A DNA stretch of 64,000 bases from Trichosphaerium sp. ATCC 40318 (Eukaryota > Protista > Tubulinea), in NCBI GenBank assembly GCA_038496445.1, contig JALMLS010000310.1, positions 186,001-250,000 on the forward strand, written 5' to 3'. The notes under the pieces were generated by a model. The model was not told the origin of the DNA. It ran no database searches and saw only the letters and a list, made by a program, of their open reading frames with translations. A program made the translations under genes and the position numbers. Of the stretch, positions 11,401 through 26,000 are shown piece after piece (within the stretch, counting starts at the first letter, position 1; each line of letters opens with the position of its first letter).

Positions 11401-12953
11401 CACACAACAGGTTCCAAACGACATTGACACTGCTCACCACTTTATTGTGGTCTCATTGTAGATATTTATAGATATGTTTCGTACAATGACTAGCCAATAG
11501 CAGTTAGCTAACCTACTTGTAAGTGACTTTATGAATGTTAGCACAAAAGCAAGTTAGAACTACCAGTTTCAACAATTACAGTGCACAAGTGTTCAGTTTA
11601 CAATCAATGATTGCTGAGTTTTGAGACGTACACAAACAAAGTTTCATGTGAGGCAATAGATCCTCTCAGTTTAAATGGTTTATTACTAGAATTAGGAGCT
11701 AATTGTCTATTGTTCGAATTGGTTGAGAAGAAAATGAGCCACGAAAAAACTCGTAGTTCAAATTCAATTCTTTCCTTATTGATTACCCACCCAATATCTG
11801 AGTACCATTCAATAGATGCTGTTTTGGGTTGTACACATTTTTTTAAAATTGTTCTGAGATCTAAAAAAATCACGTGAACACAGTTTTTGAGTGGTTGAGA
11901 AAAAACTTCTCTGAATTTCAAAAATATGAGGTTGGTTTGAAACAAATGTAGCCACCGTCTCTAAAATGAAAAGGAAAAACAAAGCATTTCAACATCGAAC
12001 AAAAATTCTTTGAGGACTTTCTATCCACAAGAAAAAAATGAAAACAACGAAATCTCACAACAATTTATATGACATCACATCGACATGAAAATCTCGCAAA
12101 AAACGCACAATTAAGCATAAATTTCTCACCAAACAACATGAAACAACAACTCATCATTTCTCTATCCCTTATCTCCCTCGCGTTTGCAGTTGTAACTTAC
12201 ACGCCACTTGCAATAGCTTCAACTGAAACATGTCAAGGATGTCGCAAAGACATGCATGCAGGACGCTTTGTTAACTGCGATGGCTCATTTGCAGGCTCAA
12301 CAGTTACTCATTGTAACTCGGTAGGAGGCCCTGGAGAATGTAGCTTCCCTAGAGATACGTCAGTAACAAAACAAGAATGCGAGCAACTGTGCACTGCCGA
12401 TATAAGATGTAACTTCTTTACAAGTTACCAGGATTCCATCTGTAACTTATTCATGATGAATCAGTGTAACTTGATCAACGGAGGTGCTTCAGGAGATACC
12501 CTCGAGAAAGAACACCTTACAATGGATACGTTTATCATGACTGAAACCGGCACTGGAACGCATGATAAAACAGATGGTCAAATTCGATACAGATATGTGT
12601 ACACCGATACAACAACATCACCTTGGAGTGCTAACGTTGACGACACAAATATTGATGACTTTCAAAGTGGTGCTATCGACCATTTCTTCATGGCAGCCCC
12701 TATCAAAGACCCTTCGAAATCTCTCACTGGCCTTGAAGTCAAGAATTTCAGCAACGATGGATGGAGATTTACCAGATTCTATGTTTTCAACAGTTTTCAC
12801 TTTTGCTTCAACGGTGACGCTTTAATTGACGGTGACGGTGCCAATGATCATGTAATTCTCCCAAACAACGGAGATTGTAGCTGTACTGCTTGAACAGAAA
12901 TAAACGAATTTATTTCCCTTTAGTTAATGTACCTTTTATCTTATTGTTTTCTA
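10690..12953 (+). repeat. Cassette copy 1 (decayed LRR + upstream region + PAN-PLAT gene)
   Basis: Aligns by eye in reverse orientation with 20287-22900 and 29889-32150; similarity is highest over and just upstream of the gene and fades with distance. Confidence 0.9.
12138..12893 (+). CDS. Intronless secreted PAN/Apple + PLAT/LH2 domain protein, copy 1
   Basis: Signal peptide MKQQLIISLSLISLAFA; PAN pattern TKQECEQLCTADIRCNFFTSYQDSICNLF; PLAT pattern TETGTGTHDKTD...DDFQSGAIDHF...LEVKNFSNDGWRFTRFYV. Confidence 0.8.
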   Translation: MKQQLIISLSLISLAFAVVTYTPLAIASTETCQGCRKDMHAGRFVNCDGSFAGSTVTHCNSVGGPGECSFPRDTSVTKQECEQLCTADIRCNFFTSYQDSICNLFMMNQCNLINGGASGDTLEKEHLTMDTFIMTETGTGTHDKTDGQIRYRYVYTDTTTSPWSANVDDTNIDDFQSGAIDHFFMAAPIKDPSKSLTGLEVKNFSNDGWRFTRFYVFNSFHFCFNGDALIDGDGANDHVILPNNGDCSCTA

Positions 12954-13245
12954 ATGTGTACAAACTCAGAACCAATCGTAGTACCTTATGACATCTGTTG
13001 CATAGTTTTTTCGAATCACAATTTTATTCCATACTTTATCTTGCTGTACTACGGATATTATACGACACGAAGAGTTGAAGCATACCCTAGCGACTTAAGC
13101 ATTTCAAAAGGAATATCATAGTCCAAAAAAACCCAATGCTGTTTTTGACACGTGAATTGCATGACTCATCAACATTTTTCTTACACATAAGGTATATACT
13201 GAAGGAGGGTATTGGATCACTACACAGTCAAAGCGAAAGAAATGA

Positions 13246-14369
<1,124 letters not shown>

Positions 14370-14729
14370 AACGGCTGTATCATTTGTTTGAGTAGTTGTG
14401 GAATTGTAATTAAATAGTGGTTGTACAACGCCTCTTTTGGCGCTTCTGAAATACAACTATGCAAAAGACGCTCGTAAGTGCGCGAAATTAACCTCATTAC
14501 GTTGTTGTTGAGTCAAACAGCAAAGAAAGTTGACAGAAAGTGCCAGCTGAGAAAAAACGTGTAAAGGCATTTCCCTTCGTCTTGTGCAAAGAGTTCGCCT
14601 GAGCGGCTTTAAATTACGCTTGGGTTGCTCTTTGGCGGTTGTTAAAGTCAGTCAAAGAGGGTCTGTTTGCGTTTGATACATTTATATTTCTCGCAATCAC
14701 CTAGAGTACCTGGTTGTCATTGATATATC

Positions 14730-16906
14730 ATGGTTAGTGAATACTTCGTCTTTTTCGCTATACATTCTCACACTACGCCAAGGTGTTTTATCTACTATTT
14801 GAGTCCGCTGCAGGTTACGCACTATTCCTAAAGGAAGAAGAAGAGAAGATTGGAACCAATGTTGGTGAAGTACAAAAGGCCAGAGCTGATTACAGCAAGT
14901 TCAAGAAAATGGTAAAATTACACGCTTTCGTTGCATTTCAGAGCCAACCTGAGTCCCTTGATAATATAAACGACGTTTCTGAAGGTACTACATTTTTTCA
15001 TCTTTGATGGCAAGAAATTTGGTGGAACCTTCGCGAACTAGTCTCCAACGCATTTATAGGCGTCTGTCCACAGAAATTACAAGATTTTATCGAAATGAAC
15101 GCTGAAAAAGGCTCTACTATTGGCGTCATGGAGGAGAAGCTTGGTGGTGCTATTCAAAGCGTATGTCTTCCAGAAAAACTTTGTGACATTGTATTTTGCC
15201 GTGTAAACGCTAAATCCGCTTAGAAAGTATCCAAAGTAAAAATCACAGCCGGAAAACAAATTTTCGAGATGATTCGTTGGGTTCGCCATCATTTCTCAAA
15301 ATACTTGAAAGAGTTCGACCAAGAAGAGGTTAACACTGTACGTAAAAAACCATACCGCAAAAACGAGACGACTTGTAGTTCGCTGTGAACGTTTTTTTTC
15401 CTTTTTCAAATTAAAAACGACTAAAACGTTTCTTTAGGAGGGTATTACATCATCACAACGTGGTCTAGGTCACGCATACTCCCGTGCTAAAGTAAAGTTC
15501 AACGTAAACAAAAATGACACCATGATCATCCAAGCTATCGCTTTAATTGATCAACTTGATAAAGATATTAACACTTTTGCTATGCGCGTCAGGTACATAA
15601 TATTTCTTCTTGACATTTTTAATTTTGAAGCGAGATTTTCCTTTCGCTGCGAAAACTCGTTAATTTTTAAGGTTTGTCTTTTCTCGTCGAATTCGTTGTT
15701 TTCGTTTTTTGTACTTATTGGTTGCGCGTAGAGAATGGTATTCATGGCATTTCCCAGAACTTGTCAGAATTGTACCTGATATTATCAACTACGCACGCGT
15801 TGCCAAGACAATCAAAGGAAGACCACAATTTTTGGAGAATGTCGATGAATTGCGTTCATCCCTTGAAGAACTCACAAACGAAGAAACAACTGATAAAATT
15901 GTTGCCGCTATGCGTTCATCAATGGGTGCGTACCTCCTTCTAGAAACCTTTGCTAGCGTTTGCGCGCCTTTGCGCAACAAATTTCATTACGTAGACGGCT
16001 TTTTTTTTTTGGTGTTTTTTTCTGACGTTCTGGTAGGTACTGATGTAAGTCCTGTTGATATGATCAACATTTCAAGATTTTGCGACAAAGTCGTATCCTT
16101 GGCTGATTACAGAACTTCTCTTCAATTGTACTTGAAGAATCGCATCCACAAGATTGCCCCAAACACAGCTACTCTCATGGGTGACTTGATTGGCGCCAGA
16201 CTTATCTCCCACGCTGGTACGTCCTTAACACTTGTCTATATCCCTTCTTCCTACTCACTTATCCGCTTAGGTTCCCTTACCAGTCTTGCAAAGCTCCCTG
16301 CATCTACTCTACAGATTTTGGGTGCTGAAAAAGCGCTTTTCAGAGCATTGAAGACCCGTGGTAACACACCAAAATACGGACTTATCTTCAACTCTCCATT
16401 CATACAAAAAGCACGTAAAAAGGATCGTGGTCGCATTGCCCGTGTCCTCGCCAACAAAGCTTCAATGGCATGTCGTATTGACGCATTTTCTGGTACGTAA
16501 ACATAAAATTCTACCTCCTTTTCCCTTTTCTGTTTAAATACGAACAATTGTGTTAACAACTTCTCTAGATGTTCCTACAAACGAATATGGTACAAAATTC
16601 CACGAGCAAGTCGAAGAACGCCTTGAATTTTACAAATCCGGCACAACACCACAAAAGAACCTTGACGCTATGCGTGAGGTTAATGCAGCTGTAAGTAAAT
16701 CAGCTGGAGCCGCTGGAGCTGCTGGAGATGCAATGGAAGTCGATGAATCTCCTAAAAAGAAAAAGTCCAAAAAACGTAAGTCTGAGGACGCTGATGATGA
16801 AGAGGAACAACCTAAGAAGCGAAGAAAGAGCTCTAGCAAAAAAGATAAAGATAAGTCAGATAAGAAGAAGAGGAGGAAGAGCAAGAGCAAAAAAGATAAA
16901 AAGTAA
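14730..16906 (+). CDS. NOP56: Nucleolar protein 56 (box C/D snoRNP core)
   Basis: ATG-only first exon; [48 protein letters not shown] (NOP56- rather than NOP58-type), [23 protein letters not shown], lysine-rich tail. Confidence 0.95.
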
Positions 16907-17240
16907 ACGGTAGAACAACATCGTTTTCTTATTTTTTTCTTAACAACCCCCTTCATTGCGAGAAAAAAGCAAGAGCTCCCCAAAAAAGTTAGGGTTGGAC
17001 GCGCTTCTTTTTTTTTGTAAACCAAACGTGCTTGTCTTCGCACGTGAAGTTACCACGGATTGATGATCTATGTTTTTTTTGTAATTCGTGTAATTTCAAT
17101 AAATGAATGACACTTTTGTAATAGCAAGGTTAGATTTTGTTTTATTGACCACTTGTTGTGTATCCAGATATTTGAGTGGTTGCTGCTAATCCAGTTTGAT
17201 CAATCATCTTGGTATTGATCTATGTTTTGTTACATTGCCA

Positions 17241-17541
17241 TAATTTTTACACAAATCACTGTTGCTCAATCGAGGTATGAATGGTCTAGTGCGCTCCTAA
17301 ATATGTGTCAAAGTACATTCCGACACTGTCATTTTGATTGGTAGCAGCATTTGTTTCGATTATTACTTTTGTTCTAAGAATGCAGCGACGTAAACCTAAG
17401 ATTTGACAAACACCAGATAACGCGCACGTGTTTTTTGTTTCAAAACGGAAAAAAAAAAGCCACCTATCGTAGTTTGGCACTGTTTAGGAGCGCAGTAGAC
17501 CATTCATAGCTTGGAGTAACAACGATTTGTTTTGAAAATTA
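17241..17541. mobile_element. MITE-like element or long hairpin with ~75 bp imperfect terminal inverted repeats
   Basis: Left arm ...TATGAATGGTCTAGTGCGCTCCTAAA... versus right arm ...TTTAGGAGCGCAGTAGACCATTCATA...; ~150 bp non-coding spacer. Confidence 0.6.
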
Positions 17542-17775
17542 CGTGCAAATGGTTTCGCGTTTCTCACCTATTGTTATTTACCGTTTCGCCACACTGTGAT
17601 GTACCTTGACGCGTTATGACTACGTCAGCGCTACTTAATAAACAGTTCTATAAACCTATCTACGACGTACCTTACACACTAGGGACGCGGAACCTAAACG
17701 GTAGTATTATTGGCTTTTTTATTGGCTCAATCGGTCCGTAAAAACACAAAATCTAAATTAAGTAATTGATATCTA

Positions 17776-18439
17776 ATGGCGATACAACAACATGTAAGCG
17801 AAAGAGCTCACAAACTTGCACTGCTAACAACAAAATTAGCAAACAACAGATAATTATGGATTATTACGCCTTCCTTTGGAGCTACAGCTAGATATTATAG
17901 ACTTAGACTTTGAGGTCTTTGTAAAATGGCCATTATTATCAAAGAGAACGGCAACCACAACGAGATTTGACTACAATTTCGAAAAACATGGAAAATGGAT
18001 AAAAACGAAAAAACTGTGTTCTTACCCTGATATCTACTTATCTACTCCATCACTTATTCTACACATGAAACATGGTAAACGTCATGGAGACTATAAATGG
18101 TTTTATTACAGTGGTAGAATGCGCGTACACCGTAATTATCTCAATGGTGTCTTTGATGGTCTTTACAAACGTTGGCGTGATTCTGGTGTGTTAATAGAGC
18201 AATGTTATTACACAAATGGTAAAAGGGATGGTGAATATAAGCGTTGGAATGAGAACTCTAATATTTGTCAACACTATTGCTACAGCAACGGTAGACGACA
18301 TGGAGAATCAAAGGAGTGGTACTACAATGGCCAATTGAAGATGAAGTGTAATTACTTCCATGGTGTTAAGGACGGAGAGTACCAAACATGGTATAAGAAC
18401 GGTGCCTTGAAGGCCTCTCAGGTCTACAAGGCTAAGTAA
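17776..18439 (+). CDS. F-box-like + MORN_2 (YwqK-type) repeat protein
   Basis: Exon 1 MAIQQH, intron 17794-17839 with CTAAC branch point, then LLRLPLELQLDIIDLD (F-box-like) and about five GxxHGxYKxWYxNG repeats. Confidence 0.8.
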
Positions 18440-18575
18440 CAAGTAGCTGTCAAAGCCAATCAAGCTATTCAAGTTAACAGAATAGAACATCATGTACAAT
18501 GTATGCAATTTAATAAAAACATCAACGCTTGTTATTTAAAAGACAGTACTGTTTATTTCACTAGACCACATTTTT

Positions 18576-19953
18576 TCACAGCATGGTACCAGCTAGTGTT
18601 TTTTTCCTCACTGCCCAGCTGTATGGATAAATGCGTCTGCGCCATGATGGTATGATTAGCGTTAACAACAATATTACTATCACAAATAAAACAACCAGAA
18701 CAACAACTACCACTACAGGTATTATTGGAAAACCGGTACCACCTGATTCTTCTGAACATGATGACGAGAATAAAATATTTAACATTCCACGTGTATCTAT
18801 AAATAGTCAGAAAACCACGTGGCACATAAACTTGTGTTATTATCCGTTAATGACGTACCTTGTTGAAAGCATACCTTTCTCGTATCTGAGAGTGTGATGT
18901 TTTCTTTGGCAATCACACAATCGTCGCTGAAAGTAATGAATGTCAATGAACCAACTTCCTTTTAGAGTGTTTTAAATTAGTGCCATTAACAAATAAGGAA
19001 ATGCCTTACTTTTAAACTGGTAGTATCAATAACTACATTCTTACTAAAAATAGGACATCCCGTTAATGTTATTGAAGAGTTTGAATCAGCTAGTACAAGG
19101 ATAGTATCCTCCAAAAACACAACATCACCTACACTCCTTTAGATGGTACAGAAGTTATCGTTAAGACCTTGTGCTACAGTTGTTCCGGAAACAACAAAAA
19201 CGCCACCAATGACTACAGCATCAGTTTTTGGAGGAACTATTGGAGAAGAGCAACCTTGACAACCAGGAGTGTTTGTGGGGTTTTCTGTGGTCATGGGTAC
19301 AGTTGTTGGAGTATCAGTAGGTGCGATTGACGTCGGTAAAATAGGTATATCAACACATACAACTTGGAACGGACCTGCCACGGCATTTTCACAACCAACG
19401 TCATTGAAGCCTAATTATACAATCAGCCATTTGTAGTAATAATGAAGTACCATCGCTGCGCATAATGAGGCATCTCTCTTGATTTTGTTGCTTGGTAAAG
19501 CTAGGTTCTGGGTTGGAAAAGTACTTCTCCAGGAGCTTTTGTGTATTATTTTGAACGGAATAGAACAAGTCGGTTTCAAAAAACGATGTTCCACTTCTCT
19601 GCCATTTAAATGAGGATAGCATATATTTGCAAGGCTCACAATCTCTACCAAGTCTTCTACAATTTCCGCAAAAATCAAATGTTATGTCTAAGCTGACGTT
19701 GCGACGCGCATTAATCCACACGTGGCCAATTGTATCACCTGTTGTCATGTTACGTATTGTATCGAAGTCGTTTTCATTTAGTATCTCAGGTAGCATTGAT
19801 GAACTAACAGAATTTTAGCGAGACTACGGAATACGATATCACGTGCTTGTTGGCGCACTGTCTAGTGGCGTTGCTGAAAGATTTGGCTAATTGGCCCGCA
19901 GTACAGCCTGCGTATACTAGCACAATACATAGAAACAATATCACGTGACTCAT
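18576..19953 (-). CDS. C-type-lectin-like type I membrane protein
   Basis: Signal peptide MSHVILFLCIVLVYAGCTA; HVWINARR...FKWQRSG...PEP...ERCLIM...DVGC (CTLD pattern); Thr/Pro stalk; TM IIPVVVVVVLVVLFVIVILLLTLII. Confidence 0.7.
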
Positions 19954-20286
19954 AATTTAATTAACTTCGTTTTTCTTTTTAGATTTAGCTCGGTTTGTTT
20001 GGTTAAATTGTTTAAATAACTGTTTTTCGAGTTTGTAGGAAAGTAGTACAACCTCTGAAACTAGATAGAGTATCTCCGATAGATTCCTGTGTGATTTGTA
20101 AACTCCACAAGTAGAATCTGAAGTCAAAATAAATCAGTCCGTCACAAAAACGTTTTGACCATAAATAGTACCTTCGGCAATAACTTTTTTGTCAGTATTT
20201 TGATCGCTACTGGGAACATATTATAACGATACAAGCATCACTGGTTGTTGCAAACCAAAAGAAACACTTTTTTGAGCAAACGCAGA

Positions 20287-22900
20287 CCTGTATATTATTA
20301 CATATTTAAAAGTAAATAGAAAATAATAAGACAAAGGCAAATTAACTAAGGGGAAATAAATTCGTTTATTTCTGTTCAAGCAGTACAGCTACAATCTCCG
20401 TTGTTTGGGAGAATTACATGATCATTGGCACCGTCACCGTCAATTAAAGCGTCACCGTTGAAGCAAAAGTGAAAACTGTTGAAAACATAGAATCTGGTAA
20501 ATCTCCATCCATCGTTGCTGAAATTCTTGACTTCAAGGCCAGTGAGAGATTTCGAAGGGTCTTTGATAGGAGCAGCCATGAAGAAATGATCGATAGCGCC
20601 GCTTTGAAAGTCATCAATATTTGTATCGTCAACGTTAGCACTCCAAGGTGATGTTGTTGTATCGGTGTAGACATATCTGTATCGAATTTGACCGTCTGTT
20701 TTATCATGTGTTCCAGTGCCGGTTTCAGTCATGATAAACGTATCTGTTGTAAGGTGTTCTTTTTTGAGGGTGTCTCCTGAAGCACCTCCGTTGATCAAGT
20801 TACACTGATTCATCATGAATAAGTTACAGATGGAATCCTGGTAACTTGTAAAGAAGTTACATCTTATGTCGGCAGTGCACAGTTGCTCGCATTCTTGTTT
20901 TGTTACTGACGTATCTCTAGGGAAGCTACATTCTCCGGGACCTCCTACCGAGTTACAGTGAGTTACTGTTGAGCCTGCAAATGAGCCATCGCAGTTAACA
21001 AAGCGTCCCGCATGCATGTCTTTGCGACATCCTTGACATGTTTCAGTTGAAGCTGTTGCAAGTGGCGTGTAAGTTACAACTGCAAACGCAAGGGAGATAA
21101 GGGATAGAGAAATGATGAGTTGTTGTTTCATGTTGTTTGGTGAGAAAGTTATGCTTAATTGTGCGTTTTTTGCGAGATTTTCATGTCGATGTGATGTCAT
21201 ATAAATTGTTGTGAGATTTCGTTGTTTTCATTTTTTTCTTGTGGATAGAAAGTACCTCAAATATTTTTGATCGATGTTGAAATGCTTTGTTTTTCCTTTT
21301 CATTTTAGAGACGGTAACTACATTCGTTTCAAACCTCATATTTTTGAAATTCAGAGAAGTTTTTTCTCAACCACTCAAAAACTGTGTTCACGTGATTTTT
21401 TTAGATCTCAGAACAATTTTGCAAAAATGTGTACAACCTAAAACAGCATCTATTGAATGGTACTCAGATATTGGATGGGTAATCAATAAGGAAAGAATTG
21501 CATTTGAACTACAAAGCGTCTACACACTCCGAGTTTTTTCGTGGCTTATTTTCTTCTCAACCAATTCGAACAATAGAAAACCCATGTTACGAAACATCAT
21601 AAAATTGATAGCATCTACTGTCTCACATGAAACTTTGTTGTGTACGTCTCAAAATTCAGCAATCATTGATTGTAAACTGAACACTTGTGCACTGTAATTG
21701 TGTTGAAACTGGTAAACTGGTAGTTCTAACTTGCTTTTGTGCTAGCATTTATAAAGTCACTTCCAAGTAGGTTAGCTAACTGCTATTGGCTAGTCATTGT
21801 ACGGAACATATCTATAAATATCTACAGACAGAAAGAAAGTGGTGAGCAGTGTCAATGTCGTTTGGAACCTGTTGTGTGAAACAATACAAACTCTTTTCGC
21901 AAATTATTAACATTGTTACGGAACTGGAATCTTAAATTAACCTCCTACCCGTAATGCTCTACAGACACTCAGAAAATAGATTCAATATTGTTGAAGTTCA
22001 ACGCTAGCGCGAAGTAACAGTCTTTTGCTCTTCAGTTGGTACTTTAGACTGTAGCTATACGTATATCAAGGTAGAACAAGAGTTTCGATGGTTGACCACC
22101 ATCTGCTTGCAAGCCACAAATTAGAGGACACATGCATCTCATTGTGATGCTGACCTTCCACTCGCGTCATATTTGCGATGTTTACTTGTACTAGCAAGTA
22201 CAACAACAGAATTTGCAAACATAAATCACCACCGGCGCCACCCAAAACATTCGCATGTTTGAACAATGTCTTCACTGTTTTTTAATTCTTTGATATTGTA
22301 ATCAACTTGTATATAAATCCCAAATGCTCACTCATCGTTCAAGATACCATATTTGTTCTCCACAAGATCATCTCACAGTCTCGTTGGTAAATAGAAGCAC
22401 TAGCCTAAAACAATTGCTGTTTATGTAAATGTAACAATTATTGCTAAGCGCCTCAACACCCTTACTACTCACTTTCGAGCTTTGAAGATATATTATCCAA
22501 ACAGTACTGGCTAGAGCTCTTACTTTTCCTGTTAAAACCGGTTAATAGCGACTTCTTAATGTTAGTGAAATAATGTGCTTGAAAGCGTTCAACAAGAGAA
22601 AACTGTAGCAAAATCGACAATAAAAATGGTTTATCACTTTCCGCAACTTGTAGATTGTTGTTTTTAAAGCGTATGAAAGTAGTTTGGATGTAAAAAAAAA
22701 GAGTTTGTGGCTTACAATGAAGCCAACAACTTTTCCCTTCCCCGAAAATCACAACCGAACCGGTTGCAAACTTGTCACAGCTGGTTAAGTAGATAACCAG
22801 TTTTCTAGGAGCTTTACTGGCTAATGCTATGAACCCTTCATCTGTTACTTCAGTTTGAATAAGCAAGTGGTATGAACGCTTGCCAATGCCTTGATTCTGT
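20287..22900 (-). repeat. Cassette copy 2
   Basis: Reverse-complement match to copy 1 and direct match to copy 3 beginning at CCTGTATATTATTA; LRR remnant EVTDEGFIALAS near 22840. Confidence 0.9.
20376..21131 (-). CDS. Intronless secreted PAN/Apple + PLAT protein, copy 2
   Basis: Near-identical to 12138..12893, with only a few amino-acid differences. Confidence 0.8.
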   Translation of the reverse strand: MKQQLIISLSLISLAFAVVTYTPLATASTETCQGCRKDMHAGRFVNCDGSFAGSTVTHCNSVGGPGECSFPRDTSVTKQECEQLCTADIRCNFFTSYQDSICNLFMMNQCNLINGGASGDTLKKEHLTTDTFIMTETGTGTHDKTDGQIRYRYVYTDTTTSPWSANVDDTNIDDFQSGAIDHFFMAAPIKDPSKSLTGLEVKNFSNDGWRFTRFYVFNSFHFCFNGDALIDGDGANDHVILPNNGDCSCTA

Positions 22901-23029
22901 GTTTTCTTGGTAGGCTCCAGCACGTGTCTAGTAGTTCCTTTTTTCTGGCTCGAAATCACATTTTTTCCTGTTTCTTCATTTCAACAAAGCCACTTTACGA
23001 GCACCAGCAGTTTTTTTTTACACCCAAAC

Positions 23030-26000
23030 ATGTCTCAAAAAGATCAAAGTGGTTGGATACGATCCCAAAAGAATGTAAGTAGTCTTTAAAACGCAGAGTT
23101 TTGCCTTTCTAGTTTTACAGTTCCTAACGGCGGTTATCTTTTTGTTATCACCAGTGGCTACGCACGTGTTATCTAATCTAATTTTTTTAGGCTTTCAAAG
23201 GATGGTGTAATACCCACATGAGCGAGCTAGGTGAAAATGTTGCCATAAAAGATTTGGTAGAAGATTTAAAAAGCGGCGTTATACTATTAGAGCTTCTGGG
23301 TGTAAGTTCCTGTTTATATTGACAGAGTTCCTTTGATGAAAAAAAAACTCTTCGAGTTTGTTACAGATTCTGTTAGGGATTAGCAGATAAGCCTCTTCCA
23401 AAGTATTGTAAGAAGCCACGTACGATGTTTCAGATGGTCGAGAATACAAACTTGGTATGCAAAATTGTTTTTTTTTAATGTCTCCTTTTGCTACCCTTGT
23501 TTTTTATTGTCTTAGCGCTTTTAGTGGTTGTACAATCTGTTTTTTTGTATCACGTGACATTTTTTTCTGACCATTGTTGGCAGTTAACAAAAAAGTTTTT
23601 AGTGCTGTAGTTATTTACCTGATGCGTAAAATAGGCACTCAAGTTCATTGAGGATCAAGGTATCCGTACTGCGAATATTGGAGGAAAGGATATTCATGAC
23701 GGCAAGGAAAATCTTGTTCTTGGGTTAATCTGGTGAGGTTATGGTTTTTTTTTTCAATGTCTAATTTATAACATCTACAGGACTCTTATACTTCGTTATC
23801 ACCTGTCAAAAGTGCGTCAAAATTAAATTGATAGAAAGCGAAATATTGTAATTCATTGACGTAGGGAGGTAAAGGAAAAAAAGCGAAAGAAGTCAATGAC
23901 GCATTGCTTGGGTACGTATTCCCAAAGAAATAAACATAATTAACCGCTAATAATGTCTGCTTCTAACAAAATTACAGATGGATCAAAGAACAGATCAAGG
24001 GTTAATAATAAATAATTAGATGCGTATCATGTGCTAATAATGTTTAGACTACCCTGTGGAAGTGACTAACTTCAAAAAAGGGTAAACTTAATTCGTTCAA
24101 AATTGTTTTCTTATTATTCTAGATGGAGTGATGGCAAAGCTCTTACAGCGTTAGTAGATAGCTTACAAAAAGGCTCATGCTCGCTATCTGGGATGTCGGT
24201 AACGGAACGTTTAAATGCTTTATATACTGATTACAATACAGGGAGATGTGTACAAAGACATTGCTCGGTAACTTGATTTTCATAAAGTGTCACTTCGTCT
24301 ATTTCACATTAGTTCAATTTATTCTATCTGGTTCTCACCTACTGTAGTGCCATGGAAATTGCTAAGAACAAGTTTGGCATACCAAGTATACTACATCCAG
24401 AAGATATTGTAGATTATCCTAATGATTTGACTATGGCTACATACTTGGCTTACTTCAAAAATGCTGAGGTTCAACCTGAACAAGGTAACAAACAAATATC
24501 ACGTGAAAGTACATTTCGTATTGTTCTCAACGTTTTTCGTATCTTAGAGCCTACAGCGTCTATTGATATTCCAGATTCCTTGACTGAAGGTCAAGATGTT
24601 TCAGTAACATTTAATGTCAAAGACGCAAATACAGCTGAGCCTATGGTTGATCAGTCTAAGATTAGCGTTACTCTTGATGGTAAAGATACCCCATTCGAAC
24701 CTTCTGATGTCCCAGGAGAGTTTAAAATACCTCTGAATTTGGCTAAAGTAGGAGTGATTCCATTAGAGGTGTTTTACGATGATAAAGTAATCGGCACATC
24801 TGAGATAGATGTTGAAGCCAAAAAAGGTGAGCAAACTTTTTAATCGATTTCTCTTCTGTTCTCATTTCTATTAGAACCTGTTGGTAATGTTGCAGAGAAA
24901 CCAGATAAGCCTGTAGCTGGAGAAATACTTCGTGTGGTTGTACAAGTAAAAGACAAAGATTCTGGAGAACCTCTTGACGTTGATACTGATAAACTAAATG
25001 TAAACATCCCTGCTGAAAACGTTCAAATTGAGCCTTCAAAAGAACCAGGTAAAGTTGTACTCACTTTCATACCAACAAAACCTGGCGATACAAAATTGCT
25101 TATTGAATATGATGGCATTGAAATAGTAAATGAAGATATCGCTGTAGTGAAGAAACAAGGTACAAAGTTGCTAAGAAATTTGTATTTTCTCCGTTTTGTT
25201 GTTCAGGTGTATTGATCTTTATTGTAGTTCCTACTGCGCAAGTTACTCTGCCTGATACTCTCACGCAAGGTGATGATTTGGAGTTGAAGTTTACAGTGAA
25301 AGACAAAGAATCTAATAACAATATTGACGACTTTGATATTTCCAAAGTAAAAGTTAATTTGGATGGAAAAGATATTAAAGTTCAACCCTCTGATAATCCT
25401 GGCGATTTCTCTTTATATTTATATATTAATTTTAATGAACCAGGCGATAAAAAACTTTCTATTGCTTATGATGGTAAAGAGATCGGCACAAAAGAGTTTT
25501 ATGTAGACCACAAAAAAGGTAAAAACTTAGGTTTTGTTGTTTTGTTACTGATAAGTTTGACTAGTACCTATCGCACGATTTGATATACCAGACGATATCT
25601 TTGTTACTGGAAGAGAATACGAAGTGACAATTGTCATTAACGATTCTGTTACCGGTGCTCCAATGGAGGTTGATAAAGATAACCTTGATTTTGCTCTTGA
25701 AAACGGGAAACTTGATATTGGCGACTCTGATGAAGTAGGCAAAGTGCCTATTTCTGTATATTTTGATAATCCATGTAAAACTAAACTCAAAGTATATTTA
25801 AATGACCAAGAAGTCGCTTCGCAGGAGTTCATAGTGGATGCTAAAAAAGGTAACGCTCTATCTTTTGTATTTTTTTTTCGAACAGTTGAAATTGCTCAGT
25901 GAATTTCCAGTACCTAAACTCTTGGTTGATGATAAACCTGAACATATAGAAGAAAGTTATGAGACAATTCTTGCATTTCGGCTTATTGATGAAGTATCCA

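Noticed and set aside
14986-16568. Intronic C/D snoRNAs in NOP56
   Set aside because: No intron contains a C box paired with a D box and terminal stem.
16630-17043. 137-aa minus-strand ORF and similar antisense ORFs over the filamin and PAN-PLAT genes
   Set aside because: Shadows of real genes on the opposite strand or in another frame.
20287-20340. Helitron or retroposon end for the triplicated cassette
   Set aside because: No CTRR terminus with hairpin, poly-A tail or target-site duplication visible.
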